A program made the translations under genes and the position numbers. A stretch of DNA of 64,000 nucleotides from positions 64,001 to 128,000 of the forward strand of contig JAWBYA010000003.1 of assembly GCA_038867615.1 (NCBI GenBank). Direction: 5' to 3'. The stretch is from Sulfolobales archaeon (lineage in GTDB: Archaea; Thermoproteota; Thermoprotei_A; Sulfolobales; AG1). The notes beneath the pieces were generated by a model. The model worked only from the letters and a program-made list of their open reading frames with translations, did no database searches and was not told where the DNA came from. Below are positions 30,695 to 41,208 of the stretch, in pieces (position 1 is the stretch's first letter; each line of letters opens with the position of its first letter).

Positions 30695-31909
30695 ATGGCT
30701 CATAGCATAGACACTGGATTTGGCTTGAGGCTCTATCTAACCTACGTGTTCTTCATGGTATCTATAGGGCTTCTCGATGCTGTTACGATCTATAAGGCTT
30801 CTTCACAGCTAGGCGCAGATCCCATGTACCTAGGGATCCTAAGCTTCCTATGGAGTCTCTTTTATATAATATCTACAGCGGTTTTCGGCCCTCTTGGCGA
30901 TAACTATAAGATCAGAGTCCTTACAGCAATATCCTCTAGTCTCATGATCTCTTCAATGCTATCCATACTTTTTTCAGACAGCCTAAGTATAATAGCGGTT
31001 GGATATATACTCCACGCGATCGCTTCTTCAGCGGGGCATATAGCTATTTCGATCGATGTTATGGAGAACAAGGATCCCGAGGAGTGGGGGTATATAAATC
31101 ATATTTTAAAGGGCCTCTACTGGATCTTCAGGGGCGTCTTTATATACTTCTCACTAACAGCGGGTTACCAAGACCTGTTGGTGATGGCGTTAATCATTAT
31201 AGCATCTATACACCTGCTGGTTATTCCACAGGTGTTCTTTAGGAGGGCTATCTATAGGGCGGAGTTGACGTTAGAAAAGATCTATGGATCCATAGTGCTG
31301 AGAGGGCTTACAATAACATCTATACTCGAGAGAAAACCGGGTAATTTACATACCATAGAAGCGTTGTGGGGGTGGTTCAAAAGCAATGGAAACCCGCTCT
31401 TCACAGCAATATCGGCATCGATGCTTGCAATGGCATTTGAGCTAATAATAACACCATCACCACCGATACTGATTAGAGGGATGGGTTCTCAAGGGCTCGC
31501 TATGTATCTCTACACATCACCAATACTTGTGGGGCTCTCGATGCTGATTATTACTCCCTTGTTGAGAGATCCTATCCAAGTGTTTGTGAGAAGAACATCG
31601 CTAGCTATATCGATCCTATCGGGGTTCGCACTAGCGATCAGCTATAGAGATAGTAGCCATGGTATCCCTCTAGCATTTCCCCTCATAACCTTTGCACTTT
31701 CATACCAATTATCAGAGCTCGATGCTTATTATAAATACTCATCCATCACAGCTGGCTATGATATGGGGAGATACCTAGCAATCAGGGAGATCGGAGGCTT
31801 GGTTGGCGGAATTCTCTCCGGCTACATAGCTACAGTATATGGGTATATGGCTTCGATCATAGTTGGCATGATCCTAATAGTTATATCCCAGATCGTGAGA
31901 ATGCTGTGA
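30695..31909 (+). CDS. MFS-like membrane transporter
   Basis: About 11-12 TM segments; FGPLGDNYK motif-A-like loop; C-terminal GGLVGGILSG. Confidence 0.7.
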   Translation: MAHSIDTGFGLRLYLTYVFFMVSIGLLDAVTIYKASSQLGADPMYLGILSFLWSLFYIISTAVFGPLGDNYKIRVLTAISSSLMISSMLSILFSDSLSIIAVGYILHAIASSAGHIAISIDVMENKDPEEWGYINHILKGLYWIFRGVFIYFSLTAGYQDLLVMALIIIASIHLLVIPQVFFRRAIYRAELTLEKIYGSIVLRGLTITSILERKPGNLHTIEALWGWFKSNGNPLFTAISASMLAMAFELIITPSPPILIRGMGSQGLAMYLYTSPILVGLSMLIITPLLRDPIQVFVRRTSLAISILSGFALAISYRDSSHGIPLAFPLITFALSYQLSELDAYYKYSSITAGYDMGRYLAIREIGGLVGGILSGYIATVYGYMASIIVGMILIVISQIVRML

Positions 31910-32014
31910 GAGCATCAATGCTAGTTCGTTAGGGCATTTAGACTATCGAGTAGGATCGGCTGGCCATAACTGTCTATTCCATATAATTCCCTTTAGATAT
32001 ATAGTATCTGGGTC

Positions 32015-33457
32015 TTGTTGGAAGATATCCTTAACCTTGCGGTCGATTATGCGAGATCCCTTGGAGCAGCATATGCAGAAGCTAGGTATCACAGGATAGA
32101 GGGTGGCAATATAAACATAAGGGCTGATAGAGTGATCGGGATCACTTATAGAGCTTCCGAGGGTATAGGTGTTAGGGTTATATATAATGGTGCTCTCGCC
32201 TTTGCCTCCACCACCAGACTTGATGCTGAAGGTATAAAGAAAGCTGTTGAGAGGGCTGTGGCTACTGCAAGGGTCTTCTCGGGATCTATTAAGAGAAAGG
32301 CTGAGCTCTCAAGCGAGAGGCTTGGCAGATCCTCGTATGAGGTTAAGCCTAAAAAGAGCTTCGACAGTATGCCACAGGATCTCAAGATCTCGTTTCTAAA
32401 AGATCTATATACAATAGCCCTAGAAAGCTTGAAAGAGGCTAGATTATCATCACTCCTGACAAGCTATAGCGAGTCTATCGAAGAGAAGATGATTATTAAT
32501 AGTGATGGCGCATATATAAGGAGCAGGCTTCCGAGAATAGAGAGCTTTATAAACATAGTCCTATCCTCGCCGGAGAAGGGTACTATTAACAAGTGGTTCG
32601 AGATCGGGGCTGTTAGGGGTCTAGAGCATTTCGAAGAGATAAAGCTCGTGGACAGCCTGAAAGAAACAATATCGAGGATGGAGGAGAACCTACTCAGAGG
32701 TATAGAGCCTCCTAAGGAGAAAGTAGACGTGATCCTAGGATCCGAGGTTGTAGGTCTTATAGTACATGAAGGGGTGGGACACCCGCTTGAGGCTGATAGG
32801 GTGCTTGGTAGGGAGGCTGCTCAGGCTGGGGAGAGCTATGTGAAGCCCGAGATGGTGGGTAAGGCTAGGATAGGTAATAGATATGCAACGATAATAGATG
32901 ATCCAACAATACCTGGATCCAGCGGCTACTACCTCTACGACGATGAAGGCGTACCAGCGAGACCAAAGATCCTGTATAGAGAGGGCGTTATAGAGAACCT
33001 ACTCCACAATAGAGAGACTGCACGCCTCATGGGTGTTGCGAGCAACGCGTCAGCCAGAGCCACCAACCACGCCTCGGAACCCATAGTTAGGATGAGCAAC
33101 ACCTACCTAGCCCCAGGGGATATGGAGTTTGAGGAGCTCATAGAGGATATAGATCTTGGTGTATATATAAAGAGCAACATGGAGTGGAACATAGATGATA
33201 CCAGGTGGCGGCATAGATACATAGGCTTAGAGGCTTTCCTAATAGAGAAGGGAGAGCTAACAAAACCGGTCAGAAACCCCGTGATCGAGATAACAACAGG
33301 CGATCTCTTGAGCAACATCGTAGCAGCTGACAAGAACCTGGAGTTCTTCCCAGGCATGTGTGGCAAAGGAGAACCAATGCAGGGGATCCCGGTATGGATG
33401 GGCGGACCAAATATCAGGCTCCCAAAAATATCCATCGGGGTGGCTCCTATTGAGTGA
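32015..33457 (+). CDS. tldD: TldD metalloprotease
   Basis: HEGVGHPLEAD zinc motif, YDDEGV, RMSNT, CGKGEP.Q. Confidence 0.94.
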   Translation: MLEDILNLAVDYARSLGAAYAEARYHRIEGGNINIRADRVIGITYRASEGIGVRVIYNGALAFASTTRLDAEGIKKAVERAVATARVFSGSIKRKAELSSERLGRSSYEVKPKKSFDSMPQDLKISFLKDLYTIALESLKEARLSSLLTSYSESIEEKMIINSDGAYIRSRLPRIESFINIVLSSPEKGTINKWFEIGAVRGLEHFEEIKLVDSLKETISRMEENLLRGIEPPKEKVDVILGSEVVGLIVHEGVGHPLEADRVLGREAAQAGESYVKPEMVGKARIGNRYATIIDDPTIPGSSGYYLYDDEGVPARPKILYREGVIENLLHNRETARLMGVASNASARATNHASEPIVRMSNTYLAPGDMEFEELIEDIDLGVYIKSNMEWNIDDTRWRHRYIGLEAFLIEKGELTKPVRNPVIEITTGDLLSNIVAADKNLEFFPGMCGKGEPMQGIPVWMGGPNIRLPKISIGVAPIE

Positions 33458-34778
33458 ACCCATGGCTTTTGGAGAAATGATTGTTAAGAAGGCTCTAGAG
33501 GCTGGTTTTGATGAATGCGCGGTGCTCTTGAACAACGTTGAGAGATCCATGGTGAGAATAGCTAATAACCAAGTAGTCGTTACCCAGAACTGGGTGTCTG
33601 GAAGAGCCTCCCTATACCTATCTGCTAAGGAGAGGGTATTCCAGCTGTCTTTCGACACGATCAATATAGATCATATCGAGAGAAGCATTAAAGAACTAGC
33701 ACTAGGGGTAGACCGGGCAGAGAGATCTTTTCTATACGCGCCCCTACCAGACCCAGATCCCAATGCAAGACCCCTAGAGGGTGGTTTCGATCAGAAGGTA
33801 TATGACATGTTGGAAAAACCCAGCGAGGTGTCGGAGATATTGATAAACACGGCCCTTAGCGAAGGTGCAGAGAGAGTCGCAGGAGTCATAGATCTAGGTG
33901 TTGAAGAGAGATGCCTCATAACCTCTAAAGGGTTTAGCAGGTGTGAGAGAAAGACTTTCTTCACATCGCATCTCAGATCTTTCGTTGGCGAGGGCTCGGG
34001 TCACTGGGGCTATGGTTCCAGGTTTTACGATGCCAGAGAAGTTGAGAATGTCGCAAGAAGATCTGCTGAGTATGCGAAGCTATCGAGAACCCAGAGATCC
34101 GTGGAGCCGGGATTATATGACATGGTGCTATCGCCCATGGTGCTTGGAGAGCTCCTAGGATCTGTGGCAAGAGGTTTCAGTGCCTTCTCATACATCCTAG
34201 GCTTATCCTTCCTCAGGGGTAAAAAGCCAGGCGATAAGGTGGCTAGCGATGCTCTTACCCTTAAGGATGACCCCCTTAAGAACGACCTCCTAGGCTCCTC
34301 AGGCTTTGACGATGAGGGCATAGCAACCAGGGTTAATACCCTCATAGAACACGGTGTTTTCAAAACACTCCTTCACAATACCAAGACAGCCAGCTATATG
34401 GGTGTGGGGAGCACTGGTAATGCTGGGTGGATATATCCTAGACCATGGTCTCTCACAATAGAGCCAGGAGATATGGGTGATGATGAGCTTGTAAAAGAAC
34501 TCAAGAGAGGGCTTATCATTACCAATAACTGGTATACTAGGTTCCACAACTATGTAGAGGGTATTTTCTCCACAGTATCCAGGGACGCGCTCCTCATAGT
34601 AGAGAATGGCGATATAGTGGGTGCTGCTAAAAAGGTGAGGATAACAGACACATTACCCAACCTCCTATCAAGGATAAACGCTGTAGGCCGCACTCTATAT
34701 AAAGTTAAATGGTGGGAGATAGGGGTTCCAGTAGAGATCCCGTTCGTATTAGTGAGGGGTTTGAGAATATCTAGTTAG
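33450..34778 (+). CDS. pmbA: TldE/PmbA protein
   Basis: FDDEG and STGNAG without HExxxH; overlaps the end of tldD. Start is TTG 33450 or ATG 33462. Confidence 0.9.
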   Translation: MSEPMAFGEMIVKKALEAGFDECAVLLNNVERSMVRIANNQVVVTQNWVSGRASLYLSAKERVFQLSFDTINIDHIERSIKELALGVDRAERSFLYAPLPDPDPNARPLEGGFDQKVYDMLEKPSEVSEILINTALSEGAERVAGVIDLGVEERCLITSKGFSRCERKTFFTSHLRSFVGEGSGHWGYGSRFYDAREVENVARRSAEYAKLSRTQRSVEPGLYDMVLSPMVLGELLGSVARGFSAFSYILGLSFLRGKKPGDKVASDALTLKDDPLKNDLLGSSGFDDEGIATRVNTLIEHGVFKTLLHNTKTASYMGVGSTGNAGWIYPRPWSLTIEPGDMGDDELVKELKRGLIITNNWYTRFHNYVEGIFSTVSRDALLIVENGDIVGAAKKVRITDTLPNLLSRINAVGRTLYKVKWWEIGVPVEIPFVLVRGLRISS

Positions 34779-34801
34779 ATCGCTAACAAGGAGGCTCTAA
34801 T

Positions 34802-35548
34802 ATGGTAAGATCCCCTCTATATGATGCCCACTGCCATCTCCACGAGTTCAGCGATCTGGAGATAGAGAGGTTTATAACCAGTGGCTATGTTATTATAGCT
34901 GTTAGCGATGATCTCGGCTCATCCCTCAGGACGCTGGATATATATAGAAAGTACACGAACAATGTGATCCCGTGTATCGGGCTGCACCCATGGAATATAG
35001 AGAAAGAATCTAGGGAGAACATAGAGCACCTAGTAAGCCTTATAGACAGGGAGAAACCGCCATGTATAGGTGAGGTTGGCCTTGACAAGAGATTCCTCCC
35101 AGAATCGAGTTTTGAAAAACAAGCAGAGATCTTCAGATCCTTTTTAGAGGCAGCGTCAAGCATAGATGCTGTTGTAAATATACATGCTGTTGACGCGTGG
35201 AGAGATGCTTTGAAGATGGTGATAAGCTCAGGTGTGAGGAGAGCTATATTCCACTGGTTCAACGGGCCTGAGGACGTGCTTAGAGAGATCATTGATGCTG
35301 GGTATATGGTGTCGATAAACGCCGCGATAAAGGTGCAGGATAAGCATAAGAGGATAGCTAGATTAGCTGATCTCAACGGTATTCTTGTAGAGAGCGACGG
35401 GCCCTATAACTATAGGGGTATAAGACTATCCCCAGATATGCTGGGTGAGGCGTTATCGATAATAGCCGAGGTTAAGGGTATATCGAGAGAGGATATAGAG
35501 AAAGCTATTGAGAGAAACTTCAGGAGATATATCTATCGACAGGGCTAG
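34802..35548 (+). CDS. tatD: TatD family hydrolase
   Basis: DAHCHL, GLHPW, IGEVGLD, NIH, FHWF, ESDGPY. Confidence 0.93.
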   Translation: MVRSPLYDAHCHLHEFSDLEIERFITSGYVIIAVSDDLGSSLRTLDIYRKYTNNVIPCIGLHPWNIEKESRENIEHLVSLIDREKPPCIGEVGLDKRFLPESSFEKQAEIFRSFLEAASSIDAVVNIHAVDAWRDALKMVISSGVRRAIFHWFNGPEDVLREIIDAGYMVSINAAIKVQDKHKRIARLADLNGILVESDGPYNYRGIRLSPDMLGEALSIIAEVKGISREDIEKAIERNFRRYIYRQG

Positions 35549-36009
35549 CGGTATAGGAGCTTCACTTTATGGGATTTGACTAGTATATGTATGGTTCTAT
35601 ATATGAAGCCTTTCACACCACTACAGGGAAGGATCTCGGAGCATGTGGTGGGCATAGGATCTTTGAAATCATTCCCACCGCCTTTGACAAGCCCTATAAG
35701 GATCTCCTTTACTATCGGCATTATCGAGGATCTGCCGCCGTATATAATATCCCTACCAGGTAATACAAACCATGATACCGATGAGAATGTCTTCAGATCC
35801 ATTAATGATCTCAGCCAGCCTGCCTCTTTGGAGTACATCCCAACAACAGCTATTCTACCCCTACTAAGCTTCCATATGGCTTTAGCAAACCTATAGCATA
35901 ATCTGCAGTAATTATCATAGAATAGCGTAGGGCTATCTATGCTTCTCAGAGTCTCAATAACAGCCGGATCCTTTACCTCAACCTCGAGCACCGACCTCAT
36001 CTCCTCCAT
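35545..36009 (-). CDS. DCC1/DUF393 thiol-disulfide oxidoreductase-like protein
   Basis: FYDNYCRLC (DxxCxxC) motif; start probably ATG 36009. Confidence 0.7.
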   Translation of the reverse strand: MEEMRSVLEVEVKDPAVIETLRSIDSPTLFYDNYCRLCYRFAKAIWKLSRGRIAVVGMYSKEAGWLRSLMDLKTFSSVSWFVLPGRDIIYGGRSSIMPIVKEILIGLVKGGGNDFKDPMPTTCSEILPCSGVKGFIYRTIHILVKSHKVKLLYR

Positions 36010-36131
36010 AGATTCCTCTATGGAGAAAAAATGGCTAAAGATCTTCTGACCCCTATGAGCATAGAACATATAGACCTGAGACCCGGTGCACTCATTATTC
36101 CTGGTGATAGAAAGAATCTGAGGCAGACAGT

Positions 36132-37262
36132 GTGGAGAGAAAGCACACTGTGGATATCAGCATAGTGATCCCTACATACAATGAGGCTGAGAATATAGAG
36201 GAGCTTCTCACAGAGATCAAACGCAGCCTGGAGAACGCAGGTATTGCTAGCTATGAAGTAATAGTTGTGGATGACTCATCCCTAGATGGCACGGCTGAAA
36301 TAGCTAGAAATGCTATGGAGAGATTAAAAATACCTGGAAGGATCATCGTTAGAAGCGGGAACCGGGGCCTTACCAGCGCCATTATGAGGGGCTTCACAGA
36401 ATCTAGAGGTAAGTATATCGTTGTAATGGACGCCGATCTTCAACACCCACCAGAAACGATCCCAGGACTTTTTAAAAAAGCTTCTAACGAAGATCTAGAT
36501 GTAGTTATAGCTTCTAGATACATCAAAGGCGGAGGGATCGAAGGAGCCCCTATCCATAGGAGGTTTATATCAAGAGCTGCTGCACTCATAGCCAGGATCC
36601 TTATCCCCCAGGCTAGGGGTATAAGGGATCCGCTCTCAGGTTTCTTCTTAGTGAGAAGGAGCGTTATAGAGGAGGTTGGTATAGAAGCTATTGAAAAGCA
36701 TGGGAGAAGTTTCAAGATCCTCTTGGAAATACTTGTTAAAGGCAGGTATAGAAGCGTCGCTGAGCATCCATATGTGTTTAGGCCGAGGAGAAGGGGGAAG
36801 AGTAAGCTGGGTGTAAGAGAAAGTTTAGAGTTTGTAAAACAGGTTATGGAGTTAAGCGAATACAGACTCCCAAAGTTCATGACGGTAGGGCTCTCAGGGG
36901 TTGTTGTCAACATGTCCGTTCTCTACATATTGGTCAGCATGCTCGGTGTTCCTGTAATTATATCATCCCCTGCAGCGATAGAGCTGGCTACTATAAATAA
37001 CTTTATCCTAAATGATAGATGGACTTTTAAGAGGTTCAGGCTATTGGGCAGATGGTATGAAAGGCTTCTCAAGTACCATGCAGCTGTGGGGTTGGGTAAT
37101 CTTGTCAACTATGCTGTAGTTCTTGCACTCCATGGCATAGTTGGTGTTATGATCTCTAATATCGTTGGAATAGCCTTGGGTTTTGTTACCAACTATCTTG
37201 TCAGCTCTGAGTTTGTGTGGGAGGTTGCCAGGCATAGGGGGAGGGGTATTGATAAACGATAA
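36132..37262 (+). CDS. Dolichol-phosphate glycosyltransferase (GT2, DPM1-like) with C-terminal GtrA domain
   Basis: SIVIPTYNE, VVDD, MDADLQHPPE, ASRY..GG, DPLSGFF; GtrA segment KFMTVGLSGVVVN...NFILNDRWTF. Confidence 0.93.
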   Translation: MERKHTVDISIVIPTYNEAENIEELLTEIKRSLENAGIASYEVIVVDDSSLDGTAEIARNAMERLKIPGRIIVRSGNRGLTSAIMRGFTESRGKYIVVMDADLQHPPETIPGLFKKASNEDLDVVIASRYIKGGGIEGAPIHRRFISRAAALIARILIPQARGIRDPLSGFFLVRRSVIEEVGIEAIEKHGRSFKILLEILVKGRYRSVAEHPYVFRPRRRGKSKLGVRESLEFVKQVMELSEYRLPKFMTVGLSGVVVNMSVLYILVSMLGVPVIISSPAAIELATINNFILNDRWTFKRFRLLGRWYERLLKYHAAVGLGNLVNYAVVLALHGIVGVMISNIVGIALGFVTNYLVSSEFVWEVARHRGRGIDKR

Positions 37263-37315
37263 TATCTCGTGAATAATGGTACAGTATTCCTATTAGGATC
37301 CCGGTCTCTTTGGGA

Positions 37316-38227
37316 TCAGATCTCCTTTATCTCTCTCAATAGACTGACATAGCTTTTCTCAGGCTCACGGGGCTTAACTATATCGAGGATCAGGTATCTT
37401 ATCTCGGGTAGGTTTTTCTTTATAGACGTTATTATATCCTCCTTTATCTCTTCAACCTCTTTTACGGTCATGTCCTCCCTAACCTCGATCTGTATTATTG
37501 CTAGATATCTATCCGGATCTATGATCATGGTTTTTGCGTCGTTTACATCAACAACGCCTGGTGTTGAGAGTGCTATCTTTATGATCCTTGCAACAACCTC
37601 TTTTGGCGCTGAATGGCCTATAAGGGCTTCTATGCTTCTATAACCTATGTGGATCGAGCCTGCGAGTATTATGAAAGCTATAATGCTTGAGATATATATA
37701 TCCAAGATCCTGTTGGAAAGTACTAGAGATGCAGCAGCCATTAAATTCCCCGATAACCCCATGAGATCCTCGAGTATAAGTGGTCCGAGAACTATCGGAC
37801 GCCCCTGCTTGGATCTTACCATCATTATAGCTACAGACATTGTTGCTATATCAAATAATATAGGTACTGACATATAGATCCAGAACCCGCTGGAATTCAT
37901 ATCAAGCTGTTCAGGGACGCTGTAGATCCGTATATTCTCGGCTATTATCATATAGAAAATAGATCCTGCCAGTATTATTGATGAAAACAGGCTCGATATA
38001 TAAAGCACCTTACCAACCCCAAATGGATAGCGGGGAGAAGGCTTGGTTCTATATACCTGTGTCCCTATAAATAGTGTGAGGCTATTGGATGTATCTCCTA
38101 TTGAGTGAAAGATCTCTGAGTAAACAGCCCTGGAAAAGGTGTGGCTAAAGATCATGTATTTTATCACTATAGCTATCAAATTAAATAGCATCGAGAGCGC
38201 TACAGGATATCTCTCATCAAGCCTCAA
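37316..38227 (-). CDS. Cation diffusion facilitator family transporter
   Basis: SEIFHSIGD, YPFG.GK, EDLMG; six TM segments plus a C-terminal dimerisation domain. Confidence 0.9.
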   Translation of the reverse strand: MRLDERYPVALSMLFNLIAIVIKYMIFSHTFSRAVYSEIFHSIGDTSNSLTLFIGTQVYRTKPSPRYPFGVGKVLYISSLFSSIILAGSIFYMIIAENIRIYSVPEQLDMNSSGFWIYMSVPILFDIATMSVAIMMVRSKQGRPIVLGPLILEDLMGLSGNLMAAASLVLSNRILDIYISSIIAFIILAGSIHIGYRSIEALIGHSAPKEVVARIIKIALSTPGVVDVNDAKTMIIDPDRYLAIIQIEVREDMTVKEVEEIKEDIITSIKKNLPEIRYLILDIVKPREPEKSYVSLLREIKEI

Positions 38228-38263
38228 TATGGTTCAATATGTACTTAATCTAGCAGAATTTAA

Positions 38264-38278
38264 GCGTTACCAAAAACG
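38264..38278. repeat. Partial copy (left arm plus spacer) of the GCGTTACC-A(n)-CGGTAAC motif
   Basis: GCGTTACCAAAAACG, adjacent to the putative TATA box of the CDF gene. Confidence 0.45.
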
Positions 38279-38337
38279 TTTTCGCATCGTTAAAGCGATA
38301 GAATGAAAAGAAAAAAGCGTGACGCGATTCGAGTAAT

Positions 38338-38640
38338 CTAACCCTCTTCCCTACCCGATTCTTGAACCTGTTCCGAAAGCACTACTAGCTTTGCCTCTAA
38401 CAGAGCCTCTATTATGGCTTCCACCGGCGACTCTACCTCTGAGGCGTCTAGCTTGAGATCATCAGCAGTCTTGTTTATAATATCACTCACAGTCCTATTA
38501 CCGTCACAAAGGGTCCATATATAATAAGCAGCTGGGTTTAGTGCAAACGCTTCCTCCTCGCTGAGCGCTACGATATAGTTCTCTCCCTCCATACCTACAT
38601 GTTCTCCCTGCTTCAGGGGTTTCATATCGCGGCTAATCAT
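38338..38640 (-). CDS. PqqD/RRE-fold small protein
   Basis: FALNPAAYYIWTLCDGNRTVSDII...L...L matches the PqqD pattern; ATGA overlap with ssb. Confidence 0.8.
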   Translation of the reverse strand: MISRDMKPLKQGEHVGMEGENYIVALSEEEAFALNPAAYYIWTLCDGNRTVSDIINKTADDLKLDASEVESPVEAIIEALLEAKLVVLSEQVQESGREEG

Positions 38641-39077
38641 CTCTCCTCACCTCTCCTAAAACCGCCTCTCCTAAAGCCTCTGCCTCCTCTGAAGCCTCCT
38701 CTCTGAGGTCTATAATCCTCTGGCGCCTTGACAAACTCCTCAGGTACTGCTTCTGCTTGCGGGATGCTCTCATCATCAACCACCTTAAGCTCTGTTTTAG
38801 AGCTAACATTGATCTGAACCTCTCCCTTATATGCTGATGTCCAGGCGTTGGTTATCTCAACAACTTCTCCCTCTTTCAAAGTACCAGCGTGTTTACCCCA
38901 TAGTGTTACTTTAACCCTTCCCGTCTCGTCGCCTATTACAGCCTCACTTATTGTTCTCAACCCGCTCTTTGTCTGTATTGTTCTTGAGGGGGTTACTGAG
39001 AGAACCCTTCCCCTTACATTCACATTCTCGATTCCGGGTTTCAATTCACCTATTTTTAGACTCGGTTTCGATTCCAA
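38637..39077 (-). CDS. ssb: Crenarchaeal single-stranded DNA-binding protein (single OB fold, RGG-rich tail)
   Basis: IGDETGRVKVTLWG, NAWTSAYKGEVQIN. Confidence 0.93.
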   Translation of the reverse strand: MESKPSLKIGELKPGIENVNVRGRVLSVTPSRTIQTKSGLRTISEAVIGDETGRVKVTLWGKHAGTLKEGEVVEITNAWTSAYKGEVQINVSSKTELKVVDDESIPQAEAVPEEFVKAPEDYRPQRGGFRGGRGFRRGGFRRGEER

Positions 39078-39425
39078 CCCTTTCCAACTCCTACTACGTG
39101 TATGTATAGTGCCGCTAGAGAGCTTATAAATGCATGGGATTAATATATTGATATTACGTCCTAGCGTTTAGCTTTTCCAACGCCTAGAACCTCATCTTAT
39201 CCACAGGCTTCTCTTCTCCTTTCAGGTTCATAGGCGATGGTTGGTTGATAGAATGGGGTTTCTATCCAGCGTCTCACCACCTAAGAGTTTTCATGGTGCT
39301 TCTCTTATAGCTGTCCCAGGCTAGATTATTAGAAATGAGTTTCTCGTCGATAATATGTTTACACTTTTTCCGAGGCCTTGTCCGATGGTTTTAGATTAAA
39401 CACGTCACATACGGATCGGTGATCG

Positions 39426-40340
39426 CTATGGGGTTGGAGAGATCTTTGCGATCATTGATAGCAATCTGAAGTATATCGGAGAAATCACCGGATCTGTCCT
39501 TAGAACCAGTTTCGTTGATATACCAGTGGTTATGCTTGGTGGCAAGATATCTCTCTCCGCATCAACATATGCTACAACCATGCTGTGTTCCCCCAATCCT
39601 GGAGGTTCTTGAAACTCCTGAGCATCGTGGATCGTGAACCTACCATGCCCGTCTAGAATGAGGCCTTCGAAAAAAGATCTTGAGACACATGTTGCTACCA
39701 AGGTTACACCGTCCCGGATCTTTGTCCTGATCTCTTTAACCACCCCTCCATACTCCCTAATCATGCTGGGTAAGACGGGGCTGAGATCTCTCAGCTCATC
39801 CGAGATCCTTGCTACCCTCGGGGATAAGGCTCTCTCGCTCGACACTTCAAGTATCGCTCTTAGCGAGAGTATGTGGTGGGCTAGCAGAATATCCATATAA
39901 CCAGGGATCTCGATCACATCGAAATGACTTCCCGTATCGCTTCCCTCTCCCTTATCTGTAGACGCTCTCTCGGACTTTATAAAGACCCCTCTTAAACCGA
40001 GGAGGGATAGGCTTTTGATATGCCTAGCTATATAGCCTCTCCAAGGTTCTACTGGATTATCATATACTATTAATCCTAGATCGTTCTCCCCTCGGGCCTC
40101 ATAGTAGGGGGCTATATATCGTGTAAAGAAACCTATGTCTGCGTGGTAGGCATCCACTCTTCGCAAGAGGGAAAAAGCAATTGTAGATGAACAACCCGGG
40201 CTTCTGAGCCATCCGGATGTGAGGAACACTATATTGCTTTTCTCCCTGATCTCTCTAGCAATGGTTTTATAAGCCTTCTCGGCATGTCTTAAAACACTGT
40301 CTATATGCTGGGCAAGCTCCTCAGCTGTACTGAAGAACAT
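39426..40340 (-). CDS. Hypothetical protein, possibly a degenerate SIS-domain protein
   Basis: Alpha/beta pattern (NIVFLTSG, LGLIVYD) twice over 304 aa; no intact catalytic motif recognised. Confidence 0.55.
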   Translation of the reverse strand: MFFSTAEELAQHIDSVLRHAEKAYKTIAREIREKSNIVFLTSGWLRSPGCSSTIAFSLLRRVDAYHADIGFFTRYIAPYYEARGENDLGLIVYDNPVEPWRGYIARHIKSLSLLGLRGVFIKSERASTDKGEGSDTGSHFDVIEIPGYMDILLAHHILSLRAILEVSSERALSPRVARISDELRDLSPVLPSMIREYGGVVKEIRTKIRDGVTLVATCVSRSFFEGLILDGHGRFTIHDAQEFQEPPGLGEHSMVVAYVDAERDILPPSITTGISTKLVLRTDPVISPIYFRLLSMIAKISPTP

Positions 40341-40364
40341 GTTCTTATTACCCTTTACAAATAG

Positions 40365-41177
40365 CTAGACTAGAGCTGTTTTTAGAGCCTCGCAACAACT
40401 ACAATCGTCTTTCTGGGGCTCGGGGGGTAGTTGTGGTATCAACTCCGCCAGGATCTTTTTAGCCTTATCAATATTGCTTGCCATAACCCTCGATACTTCT
40501 TCAGCTGTTACAGGTCTTTCTGCCCATACATCGTAGTCCGTGACCATTGCTAGTGTTGAGTAGCAGATCTGCGCCTCGCAAGCAAGATTAACCTCAGGAA
40601 CAAGGGTCATCCCAATTATATCGGCCTTGAAAACCTCTCTCCACACTCTCGACTCGGCCTTGGTGCTAAACCTGGGACCCTCTATACATATATAGACACC
40701 CCTATCATGGATCCTATAGCCCAGCTTTCTCCCCACATCAACTATTCTGCGGCGTAGAAATTCGCAGAAAGGCTCAGCCATAGATATGTGGGCAACCTGA
40801 GGCCCGTCGAAGAAGGTATAGCGCCTCGACTTCGTCATATCTATGAACTGGTTAGGGACAACAAGGTCTCCTGGCATATAGTCCTCCCTGAGACTCCCCA
40901 CAGCACTTACTGCTACTATATATCTAACCCCGAGACTCTTTAAAGCCCATATATTGGCTCTATAGTTTATCCTGTGAGGAGGTATTCTATGACCCCTACC
41001 ATGCCTTGGTAGGAAGGCAACCGCTTTCCCCCCATAGTTCCCAACTACAATGAGGTCGCTGGGCTCCCCATATGGCGTGTGGATCTTTATCTCCTTCGCA
41101 TCCTTAAGAAGACCTGGATCGTAGAGACCAGATCCCCCTATGATCCCTATATCCGCTCTATACCCTGGGTTTAGCAT
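40365..41177 (-). CDS. mtnP: S-methyl-5'-thioadenosine phosphorylase
   Basis: [47 protein letters not shown]-terminal CSC. Confidence 0.96.
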   Translation of the reverse strand: MLNPGYRADIGIIGGSGLYDPGLLKDAKEIKIHTPYGEPSDLIVVGNYGGKAVAFLPRHGRGHRIPPHRINYRANIWALKSLGVRYIVAVSAVGSLREDYMPGDLVVPNQFIDMTKSRRYTFFDGPQVAHISMAEPFCEFLRRRIVDVGRKLGYRIHDRGVYICIEGPRFSTKAESRVWREVFKADIIGMTLVPEVNLACEAQICYSTLAMVTDYDVWAERPVTAEEVSRVMASNIDKAKKILAELIPQLPPEPQKDDCSCCEALKTALV

Positions 41178-41208
41178 ATTAACACCAAGATATATTGCGG
41201 GCTGGTAA

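Noticed and set aside
39165-39420. Further IS-end-like remnants (hairpin GATAGAA...TTCTATC near 39248-39267; similar hints at 12180-12450 and 47500-47660)
   Set aside because: Similarity to the two better copies is too weak to support by eye.
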